From assembly GCA_903878275.1 (NCBI GenBank), contig CAIRHC010000007.1:8727-72726 (forward strand): a stretch of DNA of 64,000 nucleotides, in the 5' to 3' direction. Made by a program: the position numbers and the translations under genes. A model generated the notes under the pieces. The model was not told where the DNA came from and made no database searches. It worked only from the letters and a program-made list of their open reading frames with translations. Origin of the DNA: Candidatus Vogelbacteria bacterium (GTDB lineage: Bacteria; Patescibacteriota; Minisyncoccia; Phycocordibacterales; XYD1-FULL-46-19). This document shows, in pieces, positions 34,387 through 44,818 of the stretch. Every line of letters begins with the position of its first letter. Positions within the stretch are counted from its first letter, which is position 1.

Positions 34387-36141
34387 ATGCCTATCGAAGT
34401 TGGACCACTAAAAAAGTTTTTACTTGATGCTCGCTTGATTTCCAAAAGTGATTTGGAAATTGCCGAGCAGGAATCGATCGAGAAAAAAACTCGACTCGAG
34501 GATGTTTTATTGAACAAGGGGCTTTTATCGGAAGACGATATTCGTCAGGTCAAAGCTTATGTTGGCGGTATTCCGTTTGTCGATTTAAAAAACCAAAAAA
34601 TTCCGAAAGATATTTTGTTTATCGTGCCCGAACCACTCGCTCGCAAGCACAACATAATTGCCTACAACAAGACACCGGCTGGTTTGGAGGTGGCGATGCT
34701 TGATCCGCTTGATCTCGAGCACATTGATTTCATCCGCAAAAGTTCTGGTCTGAAAATTTTACCTCGTCTGACCGACACCGAATCAATCAAAAAAACTTTA
34801 CTGCTCTATCAAAAAAGTTTGAAAGCCGAGTTTGGCGATATTATCCAAAAGGAAACTCTGGCGATTAAAAATTTGGCCAACACTAAAAGTGGTGAAGAAG
34901 TGAGTGCAGTTGAGTTACAAAAGCTTGCTGAAGATTTACCGGTTATTCGCATCGTCGATACGGTTTTGTCGCACGCCATTATGCAAAAAGCGTCGGATAT
35001 TCATATCGAGCCATTTGAAAAAGAAGTTTTGATTCGTTATCGGCTTGACGGCGTGCTTTACGACGCAATGGTCTTACCGAAAGAGACGGCTTCCGGCTTG
35101 GTCGCACGCATAAAAGTGCTGACCAATCTTCGTCTCGATGAAAAAAGATTGCCACAAGACGGGCGTTTCAAAATTCAAAACAAGGATCAGAATGTATCTT
35201 TTCGTGTTTCGACTTTGCCGACCAGCTTTGGTGAAAAGATTGTAATGCGTCTTTTGCCTGATGCGACCAGCGATCTGACGCTCGAGAGTATGGGTTTTCA
35301 CGGGACTGATTTGGAAAAAATCCAGGAAGCGCTCAAACAAACGACCGGGATGGTCTTGGTCACTGGTCCGACCGGTTCGGGAAAATCGACCACAGTTTAT
35401 ACGATTTTAAATATTTTAAATACGCCAGGGGTTAATATTTCCACTATTGAAGATCCGATCGAATATCAGATGCCGAGGATTAACCAAACTCAAGTCAAAC
35501 CAGAAATTGGTCTAACCTTTGCTGGCGGTTTGCGTGCCCTCGTCCGCCAAGATCCAGATATTATTATGGTTGGGGAAATTCGCGATCGTGAGACGGCGGG
35601 GCTGGCTATCAATGCCGCTTTGACTGGCCACTTGGTTTTATCGACCTTGCACACCAATTCGGCGGCGGGCACTTTGCCTCGTTTGCTTGATATGGGTGTC
35701 GAGCCATTTTTGGTGACCTCGACCATTAAAATTGTCATTGCTCAAAGACTGGTTCGACGCTTGACCGACGAAAAAGAAGAATACAAATTGACCGAAGCGG
35801 AACTGGCGGACATTGGCAAACACGCTGATTTGACGGCGGTGCTTGCTTTGCTAAAAAAAGAAAGAATTTTAAAAATGACCGACACTTGGCAAGATGTTAG
35901 TTTTTATCGACCGAAAGCTGGCGTTGATGAAAAAGAAGCCTATACTGGTCGGATTTGTATTACGGAAATTTTAACAATGAATCGGGCGTTGCGCGATTTG
36001 ATTACCGAAAACAAAACCGCCGACGAGCTAGAAGAGTTTGCCAAAAAAGCCGGAATGATCTCGATGCTCGAAGATGGTATTTTTAAAGCGGCACAAGGTA
36101 TTACGTCCATTGAAGAAGTTTTTCGAGCGGTAAGTGAATAA
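34387..36141 (+). CDS. pilB: Type IV pilus assembly ATPase PilB (GspE family)
   Basis: Walker A GPTGSGKST; GspE N-domain; His-box region LSTLHTNSAAG. Confidence 0.9.
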   Translation: MPIEVGPLKKFLLDARLISKSDLEIAEQESIEKKTRLEDVLLNKGLLSEDDIRQVKAYVGGIPFVDLKNQKIPKDILFIVPEPLARKHNIIAYNKTPAGLEVAMLDPLDLEHIDFIRKSSGLKILPRLTDTESIKKTLLLYQKSLKAEFGDIIQKETLAIKNLANTKSGEEVSAVELQKLAEDLPVIRIVDTVLSHAIMQKASDIHIEPFEKEVLIRYRLDGVLYDAMVLPKETASGLVARIKVLTNLRLDEKRLPQDGRFKIQNKDQNVSFRVSTLPTSFGEKIVMRLLPDATSDLTLESMGFHGTDLEKIQEALKQTTGMVLVTGPTGSGKSTTVYTILNILNTPGVNISTIEDPIEYQMPRINQTQVKPEIGLTFAGGLRALVRQDPDIIMVGEIRDRETAGLAINAALTGHLVLSTLHTNSAAGTLPRLLDMGVEPFLVTSTIKIVIAQRLVRRLTDEKEEYKLTEAELADIGKHADLTAVLALLKKERILKMTDTWQDVSFYRPKAGVDEKEAYTGRICITEILTMNRALRDLITENKTADELEEFAKKAGMISMLEDGIFKAAQGITSIEEVFRAVSE

Positions 36142-37372
36142 TAAAATGAAGCTTTATTATCGAGCAAAAAAACCAAATGGTGAAGAGGTGACCGGCATTC
36201 GCGATTCGGCAGATCGTTTTGCTTTGGCGCGCGAGCTTCGCGACCAAAATTTAACCGTCTTTTTTGTTAGTGAAGATATCCGAGGGGCTAGTCAGCAAGG
36301 GCGTTTGTCTTTTATTAATTCATTGACTAAACACATCAGCCTGAAAGAAAAAATTATTTTTATCAAAAATCTGGGCGCAATGATTGGTGCGGGCTTGTCG
36401 CTTATTCGGACATTGTCGGTTTTGGAGCGGCAGAGTGGTAGCGGTTATCTGAAAAAAATTATTGCTGATTTGGCGGATAAAATAAATAGTGGGCAAAATT
36501 TAAGTTCGGCGCTAGCAAGTTATCCAAAAGTTTTTTCGGAAATTTTAGTCTCAATGACGGCGGTGGGGGAAGAGACCGGCAAATTGCCCGAGACTTTAAA
36601 AACTGTCAGTGAACAACTGGCGAAAAATTATGATCTTCGACGCAAAGTGTCGGGGGCGTTGATTTATCCGGCGATTGTTATTTTTGCCATCATTGTCATC
36701 GGAATTTTAATGATGGTTTATCTCGTGCCATCTTTGACAGCGACCTTTAAAGATATGAAAGTGGCGTTGCCTTTTTCGACGCAAGCAATGATTTGGTTGA
36801 GCGATTTTTTTGTTAATAATCTCTATTATATTTTAGGAATGATGGCGGTTTCTTTTATCGCTTTTGGCGTTTGCCTGCGTTCGGCCACGGGGCGAATTAT
36901 TTTGGACCGTTTTATTTTAAGTTTGCCGTTTTTTGGGAAAATTACTCGTTGGTTTAATAGCGCGATTATTATGCGCAACGTATCCTCGCTCGTCAGCTCG
37001 GGAGTGAGTATGGTCAAGACGATTGAGATTACCGAACGTGTGACGCAAAATCATTATTACAAAAAAGTGATGAAAGAGGCTTTTGTCAAAGTGCAAAAAG
37101 GGACATCGTTATCTTCTATTTTTAATGATAACCAAAACTTGTTTCCGGTTTTTGTGATTGAATTGACGGCAGTCGGGGAAGAGACTGGTAAATTGCCGGA
37201 GATGCTTTTGCAAGGCGCATTTTTTTATGAAGAGGAGGTGGAGCAGGTGACCAAAAATATTTCGTCGGTGATTGAGCCAATTTTGATGATTGTGATTGGT
37301 GTTGCTGTCGGCTTTTTTGCGGTGTCGATGCTCGGACCGATGTATTCTTTAAGCAGCGCGATTAGTAAATAA
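36134..37372 (+). CDS. pilC: Type IV pilus platform protein PilC (GspF family)
   Basis: Duplicated GspF domains with the (A/S)VGEETGKLPE motif twice; polytopic. Confidence 0.9.
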   Translation: MNNKMKLYYRAKKPNGEEVTGIRDSADRFALARELRDQNLTVFFVSEDIRGASQQGRLSFINSLTKHISLKEKIIFIKNLGAMIGAGLSLIRTLSVLERQSGSGYLKKIIADLADKINSGQNLSSALASYPKVFSEILVSMTAVGEETGKLPETLKTVSEQLAKNYDLRRKVSGALIYPAIVIFAIIVIGILMMVYLVPSLTATFKDMKVALPFSTQAMIWLSDFFVNNLYYILGMMAVSFIAFGVCLRSATGRIILDRFILSLPFFGKITRWFNSAIIMRNVSSLVSSGVSMVKTIEITERVTQNHYYKKVMKEAFVKVQKGTSLSSIFNDNQNLFPVFVIELTAVGEETGKLPEMLLQGAFFYEEEVEQVTKNISSVIEPILMIVIGVAVGFFAVSMLGPMYSLSSAISK

Positions 37373-37378
37373 AAAAAC

Positions 37379-39193
37379 TTGTTTTTTTTACGTTCAAATC
37401 AAAACCTACAATCTACAACCTACAACCTACAAACTAGTTGGGTGTCCGGGTTCACTTTGGTTGAGACGCTGGTGGCGGTGGCGATTTTTGGCATTATTGC
37501 ACTCGCGGTTTACGATGGTTTCGCCAGTGTCAGTGTTTTATCGAATGCGTCTCAATTAAAATCTCAAGCTTTGGCGCTCGCGACCGAGCAGATCGAAGTA
37601 ATACGAAATTTGCCTTATTCTGATGTCGGACTTATTGATGGTTTGCCAGCGGGGAAAATTCCCAATACTCAAAATCTAACACGTGGTGGTAAAACTTTTT
37701 TGGTGACGACGGCTATCCGCAACATCGATGACCCATTTGATGGCACAATCGGTGGTACACCAAACGATCTTAGTCCGGCTGATTACAAACAAGCGGAAGT
37801 TACGGTGGAATGTCAGAGTTGTCGCAATTTTAGTCTGGTTGTTTCGGACACGATTGTTGGGCCTGGTGGTCTGGAGACGAGTACTGGTAATGGCGCTTTG
37901 TTTGTTAAAGTTTTTGATGCCAATGGTCAGCCGGTGATGAATGCGAACGTTCATATTGAAAATCTGACTAATTCTCCCAAGATTATTATCAATGACGTGT
38001 CCGACAAAAATGGTTTGCTCGCGGTTGTTGATGCTCCACCCGGTAATTTTGCTTATAAAATAACTGTCAGTAAAGATGGCTATTCTAGCGCTCAAACTTA
38101 TGCCAGTGGCGAAAATGGTTTGACCAACCCTGCTGATCCCAACGCGACAGTGGTGGCGGGGCAGGTGACGCAAGTCAGCTTGGTGATTGATAAATTGAGC
38201 CAGATCAAAGTGACGGCTTCTAATGCGCTTTGTCAGCCACTTGGACCGTTCAATTTTAGTTTGGCGGGTGATAAGTATTTGTCGGTTGATCCCGCGATTT
38301 TGAAATATCAAAAAGATTTGGTAGTTGATTCTTCCGGCTTGCTTAATTTGACTGGTCTGGAGTGGGGAACCTACACTCTTGAATCAAAAGATAATGTTTA
38401 TGATGTGGCTGGCTCGTTCCCACTTTTTTCGGTACCGGTGGCGCCTGGTTCGACCAACGAAGTGACTTTAGTTTTGACGCCGAAAATTCCCAAAGGGCTC
38501 TTGGTTTCAGTTAAAGATGGCGTGACGGGATTACCTTTGTCTGGTGCCAGCGTGAATTTGTCTGGTGAAAGCACCAACGATACATTGATGACCAACCAAG
38601 GTTTTTTTAATGATACTGACTGGTCGACCGGTTCTTTTGAAACTGATGGCAAAATCGAAACAGTAAGTCCCGCCGGTGAAATTAAATTAAAAAAACCGTT
38701 TGCGGTTTACGAGACGAGCGGGCAATTAATTTCCGGCATTTTTGATACCGGCACCAGCTCGGTTTCGTATTATAATATTTCTTGGACACCGACCGACCAG
38801 GCAACTTCAACTGGTGCTGATGCGGTGCGATTGCAGATTGCTTCAAGCGCCTCGTCGTCGCCAGATTCTTGGGACTTTACTGGGCCAGATGGCACAGCCA
38901 ATACTTTTTATACGGTCGGCAATAGTAATGTCAGCACCAATCATAATGGTCATCGCTATTTGCGCTATAAAGTTTTCTTACGTACGGCGGATGAAAATTT
39001 CACACCAAACGTGTCCGATATCTCTATTACTTACAGTTCGGCGTGTGTGCCGTTTGGACAAGTTTTTTTCAAAGGTCTGGCTAGTGGGACTTATAATTTA
39101 ACCGCCAGTTTATCTGGCTATCAGCCGTTTAATGGGCAAGTCAGTATCGCGAACAACTGGCAAAGTTATGAAATAATTTTAAATCCACAATAG
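37379..39193 (+). CDS. Large pilin-like protein with prepilin-type N-terminal cleavage/methylation motif (start may be the internal GTG at 37445)
   Basis: GFTLVETLVAVAIFGIIALAV class-III signal; 604 aa beta-rich; four CTACAAC heptamer repeats in the first 60 nt. Confidence 0.7.
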   Translation: MFFLRSNQNLQSTTYNLQTSWVSGFTLVETLVAVAIFGIIALAVYDGFASVSVLSNASQLKSQALALATEQIEVIRNLPYSDVGLIDGLPAGKIPNTQNLTRGGKTFLVTTAIRNIDDPFDGTIGGTPNDLSPADYKQAEVTVECQSCRNFSLVVSDTIVGPGGLETSTGNGALFVKVFDANGQPVMNANVHIENLTNSPKIIINDVSDKNGLLAVVDAPPGNFAYKITVSKDGYSSAQTYASGENGLTNPADPNATVVAGQVTQVSLVIDKLSQIKVTASNALCQPLGPFNFSLAGDKYLSVDPAILKYQKDLVVDSSGLLNLTGLEWGTYTLESKDNVYDVAGSFPLFSVPVAPGSTNEVTLVLTPKIPKGLLVSVKDGVTGLPLSGASVNLSGESTNDTLMTNQGFFNDTDWSTGSFETDGKIETVSPAGEIKLKKPFAVYETSGQLISGIFDTGTSSVSYYNISWTPTDQATSTGADAVRLQIASSASSSPDSWDFTGPDGTANTFYTVGNSNVSTNHNGHRYLRYKVFLRTADENFTPNVSDISITYSSACVPFGQVFFKGLASGTYNLTASLSGYQPFNGQVSIANNWQSYEIILNPQ

Positions 39194-39195
39194 TT

Positions 39196-39801
39196 ATGAA
39201 AAAAGGTTTTACTTTGATAGAAATTTTGGTAGTGATGGGAATCATCGTTTTAATCGGCGGGGCGATTATGCGTTTTGGTAGTGATATTTTTATCAATAAT
39301 CTTCGTCAGCAAAAAACTTTTAATAACGAAAGTGAAGCCAAATTGGCTTTGAGTCAACTGGTTACCGAATTGCGGACGATGTCCCAGTCAAACACTGGCA
39401 CTTATCCGATTGAAGCCGTTTCGACCAGCTCGCTAATTTTTTACAGTGACATTAATAAAGATAATTTAAAAGAGCGAGTTAGATATTTTCGTGATGGTGT
39501 TGTTTTTAAAAAAGGTTTGGTTGTTCCGACTGGTCAGCCGTATGTTTATAATTTAAGTAATGAAAAAGTTTCGACTTTGATTTCTTCGCTTGCTTCGACG
39601 ACCGAGCCAATTTTTTCTTTTTATGATCATTCTTATGCTGGCAGTACGACGACCGAGGCGCTGGCTGATCCGGTTTCAATTCAAAATATCCGGTTGATTA
39701 AAATTAATTTTTCAGTTGGTAGCACTGATTCATTTGCTAAACCGGTGACGATTAATTTGACCAGTCAGGTGACACCACGGAACTTGAAAGATAATTTGTA
39801 A
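39196..39801 (+). CDS. Type IV pilin / pseudopilin
   Basis: MKKGFTLIEILVVMGIIVLIGGAIM prepilin leader + methylation motif. Confidence 0.85.
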   Translation: MKKGFTLIEILVVMGIIVLIGGAIMRFGSDIFINNLRQQKTFNNESEAKLALSQLVTELRTMSQSNTGTYPIEAVSTSSLIFYSDINKDNLKERVRYFRDGVVFKKGLVVPTGQPYVYNLSNEKVSTLISSLASTTEPIFSFYDHSYAGSTTTEALADPVSIQNIRLIKINFSVGSTDSFAKPVTINLTSQVTPRNLKDNL

Positions 39802-39808
39802 AATCAAA

Positions 39809-41281
39809 ATGATAAATAAAAAATTAGAGAATTTAAACCGCCAAAATTTTTCAAGGAAAAATTTTGGCGGTCAAGAAAAAACTCAAGGCTACTTACTAAT
39901 CCAAGTCTTAGTTTTTGGCTCGATTGGCGTGATGATTGTCGGAGCGCTGATTGGTTGGGGGAACACCGCTTTTAAGTTGTCTGATTTTTTGGTTGCTAGG
40001 GAAAGAGCATTTCAGGTTGCCGAAGCTGGCATTGATTATTATCGTTGGCATTTGGCACATTCGCCAAAAGATTTTCAAGATGGCACCGCCACCTCTGGAC
40101 CATACATTCATATTTTCGAAGACAAACTTGGAAATCAGATTGGTAAATTTACTTTAAATATTATTCCACCAATGGTCGGTTCGACTATCGTGACCGTACA
40201 ATCAAATGGTTTGATTGATGGTTATCCGAATGTAAAAAGAACAATCGAAGCCAAATATGCGATTCCGTCACTGGCTAAATATGCGTTTGTTGCTAATTCA
40301 GCGATGCGTTTTGGCGAAGGGACTGAAGTGTTTGGACCAATCCATTCTAATGGCGGGATTCGTTTTGATGGTTTGGCTCACAACTTGGTGACGAGCGCTC
40401 AAGCGAGTTATCACGATCCCGACCAAGATACTGGTTTGGAATATGGCGTGCACACACACAAATTACCAGTTGATACTTTTCCGCCTACTTCGGTGCCGAG
40501 CAGAACGGATGTCTTTGCGACGGGGCGACAATTCCCGGTGCCGGCAGTAGATTTTACTGGTTTTACTGCTGATCTAGCGCAAATCAAAGCTGATGCCAAG
40601 ACGGCGGGTAAATACTTTGCGAGTTCGGGCGGTCTTGGTTATCGTGTTCTTCTAAAAATTGATAAAACTTTTGATTTGTACAAAGTAAATTCTTTTACCT
40701 CGGTCGATCGTAATTGTACAAATAGTGGCAATCAAACCGGTTGGGGGAGTTGGAGCGTCGATCGGGAAACAAAAATTGGCAACTATCCATTTCCGGTTAA
40801 CGGTCTAATCTTCCTGGAGGATAATGTTTGGGTTGAAGGGAAAATTAATGAATCTCGCTTGACGATTGCCTCGGGCGTTTTTCCGGAAAGTGCCAATACG
40901 AATACGAGTATTACGGTCAATAAGGATTTATTGTACACAAATTATGACGGTCGGGATGTTTTATCTTTAATTGCCCAAAATAATATAAATGTCGGCTTGT
41001 TTAGCGATGATGATTTAGAAATTGATGGGGCGCTGGTGGCAAAAACGGGTCGGGTTGGGCGATATTATTACACTAGTAGTTGCGGAAGCTCTTACAAGCG
41101 GTCAAAGCTGACTTTGTTTGGAATGATCGCCACCAATTTGCGTTATGGTTTTGCCTATACTGATGGCACTGGTTATAATGTTCGAAATATTACTTACGAT
41201 GGCAATATGCTCTATGGTCCGCCACCGTCTTTTCCTTTGACCTCGGATAAGTATCAGATTTTATCGTGGAGAGAAATATAG
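39809..41281 (+). CDS. Hypothetical pilus-associated protein (PilX/minor-pilin-like), N-terminal TM
   Basis: GYLLIQVLVFGSIGVMIVGALIGW hydrophobic segment; in-operon position after the pilins. Confidence 0.55.
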   Translation: MINKKLENLNRQNFSRKNFGGQEKTQGYLLIQVLVFGSIGVMIVGALIGWGNTAFKLSDFLVARERAFQVAEAGIDYYRWHLAHSPKDFQDGTATSGPYIHIFEDKLGNQIGKFTLNIIPPMVGSTIVTVQSNGLIDGYPNVKRTIEAKYAIPSLAKYAFVANSAMRFGEGTEVFGPIHSNGGIRFDGLAHNLVTSAQASYHDPDQDTGLEYGVHTHKLPVDTFPPTSVPSRTDVFATGRQFPVPAVDFTGFTADLAQIKADAKTAGKYFASSGGLGYRVLLKIDKTFDLYKVNSFTSVDRNCTNSGNQTGWGSWSVDRETKIGNYPFPVNGLIFLEDNVWVEGKINESRLTIASGVFPESANTNTSITVNKDLLYTNYDGRDVLSLIAQNNINVGLFSDDDLEIDGALVAKTGRVGRYYYTSSCGSSYKRSKLTLFGMIATNLRYGFAYTDGTGYNVRNITYDGNMLYGPPPSFPLTSDKYQILSWREI

Positions 41282-41318
41282 GGCTCAACTTTTTGCTTTT
41301 AAAAACCACAAAAAATTT

Positions 41319-41346
41319 CCCCCGAGCGACTTTGTCGCTCGGGGGA
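41319..41346. terminator. Bidirectional terminator CCCCCGAGCGAC-TTTG-TCGCTCGGGGG
   Basis: Perfect 12-bp GC stem between convergent genes. Confidence 0.75.
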
Positions 41347-41351
41347 TGATT

Positions 41352-41549
41352 CTAGCTAATTTTTTGTATTTCACCTTTGGCCACGTATGGGCAAAGTTTT
41401 CCAACTTTTAGCACGGAACAGTGCCGGTGTGTCGTCGGGTCTGGTGTAAAATTGCATAAGCAGAAACACCCAACTAGTTGACCAGCTAAACGATTTATAT
41501 TAATGGTCGGTTCATATTCGCACTTTGTGTGAACAAGGTTTTTGGTCAT
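41352..41549 (-). CDS. Small Cys-rich hypothetical protein (65 aa)
   Basis: RBS AGGAGAAAAAAATG; MTKNLVHTKCEYEPTININRLAGQLVGCFCLCNFTPDPTTHRHCSVLKVGKLCPYVAKGEIQKIS, 6 Cys. Confidence 0.45.
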   Translation of the reverse strand: MTKNLVHTKCEYEPTININRLAGQLVGCFCLCNFTPDPTTHRHCSVLKVGKLCPYVAKGEIQKIS

Positions 41550-41563
41550 TTTTTTCTCCTCAT

Positions 41564-41755
41564 TTAGTCCATCTGGAATGGACAACCTCTGTTCTTGGTA
41601 ATGTGTGGGCACTTAAGATTAATTGGGCAAGAGTACAGTGTTCTCTTGCCGTTCTTGTCGGCTGGTGAAGTGGTGATTGCCACTTGGCCATACTGACAGC
41701 GTACGTACTGGGAATTGATGTGTCGCCGATCAGCGACGGTTGCTGCGTTGCTCAT
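41564..41755 (-). CDS. Small Cys-containing hypothetical protein (63 aa)
   Basis: RBS GGAGGT 8 nt upstream; 4 Cys (C..C pattern: YSCPINLKCPH...GCP). Confidence 0.45.
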   Translation of the reverse strand: MSNAATVADRRHINSQYVRCQYGQVAITTSPADKNGKRTLYSCPINLKCPHITKNRGCPFQMD

Positions 41756-42018
41756 AATTTTAACCTCCGTTTGTTGTTAGTGAAATTACTCTTACTTTGA
41801 CAAGGAACAAATTAAATTAAACGAAAACCGGTTCGCCGTTGGGCGAACCGGTTTATTCGAAGAATTTTGAAATATCAACGAAATTAACCAATCGCCCGAG
41901 GCGAGTTGGTAAACCAAAAATAAAAACTGGTAATTCGTTGACTTATCATCCTGTTTTTAGTTTAGCAAAAACTTAAATTGATGGCAATGTCCAACAAATT
42001 TTGCTAAAATCTAGACAT

Positions 42019-42789
42019 ATGGCTACAAAAAAAATAATTGCGGGTAATTGGAAAATGAATCCCGTCAGCACAAAAGAAGCATTAGCACTTTATTCGGGGA
42101 TTAAAAAAAATTCAGCTCGCTTAAAACAAACAACCGCGGTAGTTTTTCCGCCGGCGGTATTTTTGGCAACTTTGCGTGATAAAGGTGTAAGTATCAAACT
42201 CGATTTGGGGGCGCAAAATGTTTTTTACGAAGAAATAGGAGCTTTTACGGGGCAAATTTCACCGTTGATGTTGAAAAATGTCGGAGCCAAATGGGTAATT
42301 ATTGGTCACTCGGAAGCTCGGGCGTCTGGTGATACGGATTTAGAAATAAACGTCAAGATTTTGTCGGCGTTAAAAAATGGTTTCAAGATAATTTTGTGTA
42401 TTGGTGAAAAAACTCGTGACGCTCAAGGAAAATATCTCGCGGTTTTGCAAGAGCAATTGGAGAAAGCACTGGTAAATTTTCCGGCTAAGAAACTAGGGCA
42501 GTTGGCTATTGCTTATGAACCGGTTTGGGCGATTGGTAAAGATGCGACTGGCGTAGAAACCCCAGATGGATTTTTACATAATTCAATTGTGATCAAAAAA
42601 ACTTTAAGTCAGATTTTTGACCCTAAAAAGGCAAAAACGGTGCCAATTTTATATGGCGGTTCGGTTGGTGTAAAAAACGCCGAGAGTTTTCTGGTGGCAG
42701 GGCATGCTGATGGTCTTTTAGTGGGACGAGAATCTCTGGATATTGCCAGTTTTAGCGAAATTTTAAAAATTGCAGAAAAGGTAAAATAG
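42019..42789 (+). CDS. tpiA: Triosephosphate isomerase
   Basis: IAGNWKMN, AYEPVWAIG, GGSV signature motifs; ORF track begins at an upstream TTG, but the ATG at 42019 (MATKK) fits the TIM N-terminus. Confidence 0.9.
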   Translation: MATKKIIAGNWKMNPVSTKEALALYSGIKKNSARLKQTTAVVFPPAVFLATLRDKGVSIKLDLGAQNVFYEEIGAFTGQISPLMLKNVGAKWVIIGHSEARASGDTDLEINVKILSALKNGFKIILCIGEKTRDAQGKYLAVLQEQLEKALVNFPAKKLGQLAIAYEPVWAIGKDATGVETPDGFLHNSIVIKKTLSQIFDPKKAKTVPILYGGSVGVKNAESFLVAGHADGLLVGRESLDIASFSEILKIAEKVK

Positions 42790-42811
42790 TCTAGAAAAAG
42801 TTTTAAAAACC

Positions 42812-42848
42812 GCCAGAACTCACAAGTGAGTTCTGGCGGTGGGCTTTC
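42812..42848. terminator. Bidirectional terminator AAAACCGCCAGAACTCAC-AAG-TGAGTTCTGGCGGT
   Basis: 13-bp stem between tpiA and a convergent small gene. Confidence 0.75.
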
Positions 42849-42857
42849 TGGTCAGCG

Positions 42858-43091
42858 CTAGGCGCTTTCCAGAAAAAATTCTAAAGCGCGCATATCGGCT
42901 TCGACTTTGCAGTCGAGCCGACAAAACGGGCCAGAAGAGTGTTTACTTTTTCTCCGGACAAACCAGGCTTTAGTTTGAGGCGCTATAGGCGCTTCACAAC
43001 AAAGGCAAACCGTCGGCAAACCGACTGGCTTTTTTTCTACTTTGCCAAGCAAAAAGTCTTTTGCCGACTTTCGGCAATTAATTTTAGTCAT
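42858..43091 (-). CDS. Hypothetical Cys-rich small protein (77 aa), possible zinc ribbon
   Basis: CLCC ... CRLDC cysteine pairs. Confidence 0.4.
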   Translation of the reverse strand: MTKINCRKSAKDFLLGKVEKKPVGLPTVCLCCEAPIAPQTKAWFVRRKSKHSSGPFCRLDCKVEADMRALEFFLESA

Positions 43092-43214
43092 TCAATGTCC
43101 TCCTTTCTGTTTTTATACTAACATCTTTTGAAATTTACGTCAAAAAAATTGGCAAGGTTTGGCAAAAAAATGACTGTGCTATAATGAAAGCATTAATAAA
43201 CTAATAAGTAATTT

Positions 43215-44336
43215 ATGAAATTTATCAGACAATTAAAAAAGAAAGATTTATCAGGAAAAACTGTTTTGCTTCGGGCTGATTTTAATGTGCCAATTAAAAA
43301 TGGAAAAGTGGAAGAAGATTATCGTATCGAGCATACTTTGCCGACGATAAATTATTTACAAAAAAATGGTGCGCGAATTATTTTGATGAGCCATTTGGGT
43401 GACGATGGTTCGGCGACCTTGGCACCAGTGGCAAAATATTTAACTAAGTTTTTTCCAACAAAATTAGAAAAAACACTCGAAAAAGATAAAATTTCGGCGA
43501 TTTTAGCTAAAAATGAGGTTGTTTTACTAGAAAATCTTCGTGGCAATGATGGTGAGAAAAAAAATGATTTGGTTTTTGCTAAAAAATTAGCTAGCTTAGC
43601 CGATCTTTACGTTAACGATGCTTTCGCTGTTTGTCACCGAGCTCACGCTTCGGTTGTCGGCGTACCGAAATTTTTGCCAAGCTGTGCTGGTTTTCGTTTA
43701 GAAAAAGAAATCAGTAATTTGGCGAAAGTGTTTAAACCAAAATTACCGTTTGTCGTGATTTTAGGTGGCATAAAATTTCAGACGAAAATTCCGTTGATTA
43801 AAAAATTAGAGAAAAATGCTGATAAAATTTTCTTGGGTGGAGCGCTCGCTAATTCTTTTTATAAAGCCAAAGGTTTTGAGGTCGGGCAATCGACCGCCGA
43901 GGACGAGGTGGCTTATTTGAAACCTTTTTTGAAAAATAAAAAACTGGTTTTGCCAGTTGATGTGGAAGTGCTAAATAAAAAAACCAACAAAAAAGCTTTT
44001 AAAAAGGCAGAAGAGGTGACTAAAGATGAAATGATTGTCGATGTTGGTTCCGAGGGCTTAAAAGCTATTGCCGAAGGGGTGAAAAAAGCCAAAACGATTC
44101 TCTGGAATGGTCCATTTGGTTGGTTTGAGCTTGGTTATAAAAAAGGCACACTGGAAATCGCCAAAATTTTGGCGAGCAGTAAAGCTTTTTCGGTGGTGGG
44201 TGGTGGTGATACCTTGGCGTCAATTAAAACTTTGAAATTGATGGATAAATTTGGTTTTGTCTCGACTGGTGGCGGTGCGATGCTTGATTTTATTGGTAGC
44301 GGGGGAAACTTGCCAGGGATTAAAGCTCTAAAATAA
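43215..44336 (+). CDS. pgk: Phosphoglycerate kinase
   Basis: LLRADFNVPI, ILMSHLGDDG, GGGAMLDF motifs; 373 aa. Confidence 0.9.
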   Translation: MKFIRQLKKKDLSGKTVLLRADFNVPIKNGKVEEDYRIEHTLPTINYLQKNGARIILMSHLGDDGSATLAPVAKYLTKFFPTKLEKTLEKDKISAILAKNEVVLLENLRGNDGEKKNDLVFAKKLASLADLYVNDAFAVCHRAHASVVGVPKFLPSCAGFRLEKEISNLAKVFKPKLPFVVILGGIKFQTKIPLIKKLEKNADKIFLGGALANSFYKAKGFEVGQSTAEDEVAYLKPFLKNKKLVLPVDVEVLNKKTNKKAFKKAEEVTKDEMIVDVGSEGLKAIAEGVKKAKTILWNGPFGWFELGYKKGTLEIAKILASSKAFSVVGGGDTLASIKTLKLMDKFGFVSTGGGAMLDFIGSGGNLPGIKALK

Positions 44337-44340
44337 AAAA

Positions 44341-44818
44341 ATGGAAAATAGTAAGAAATTTTTTTGTGGACGAAGAGCGACAATTTCTATTGGATTTTTC
44401 ATGGCTGTTTTCGGTGGTCTGTTGGTTTATTCTGTTTTTTTGGGCAAAACCAATGATTTTTTCGGAGTAATTTTAATGTTCACATTTTTTTCATTAATCG
44501 TTTTTCCGTTATCATATTTTAGTTTTCGTTGGTATGAAGTTTTAGAAAAAGAGATTACGATTAAATATCTTTTTGGCTATCGGACGGAATTTTTTTTTAC
44601 CAAGGTTCTTGGGACGTCGTTTTCCGTCTGTTATTAAGTTGGAAGAAATAAAAACAATAGAAACGTTAAATGCTTACTTTTCGGAGAGCATTTATCGTGA
44701 TTTTGTTAAAATCATCACAAATAATAGGCAGATTTTTTATCTAGTATTTGACAAACAAATAGAAGCGATAAATTTTAAATTTATTGTTGAACAAAATTTA
44801 CTTAAGATGAGAGATTAA
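44341..44818 (+). CDS. Probable bPH_2/YdbS-like membrane protein split into two ORFs by a frameshift in a T9 run (about 44595-44603)
   Basis: ORF 44341-44637 (2 TM helices) and ORF 44573-44818 overlap across ttttttttt; joining them at the T-run gives a protein of about 155 aa with 2 TM helices plus a beta-rich C-domain, the usual architecture of bacterial PH-domain proteins. Confidence 0.45.
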
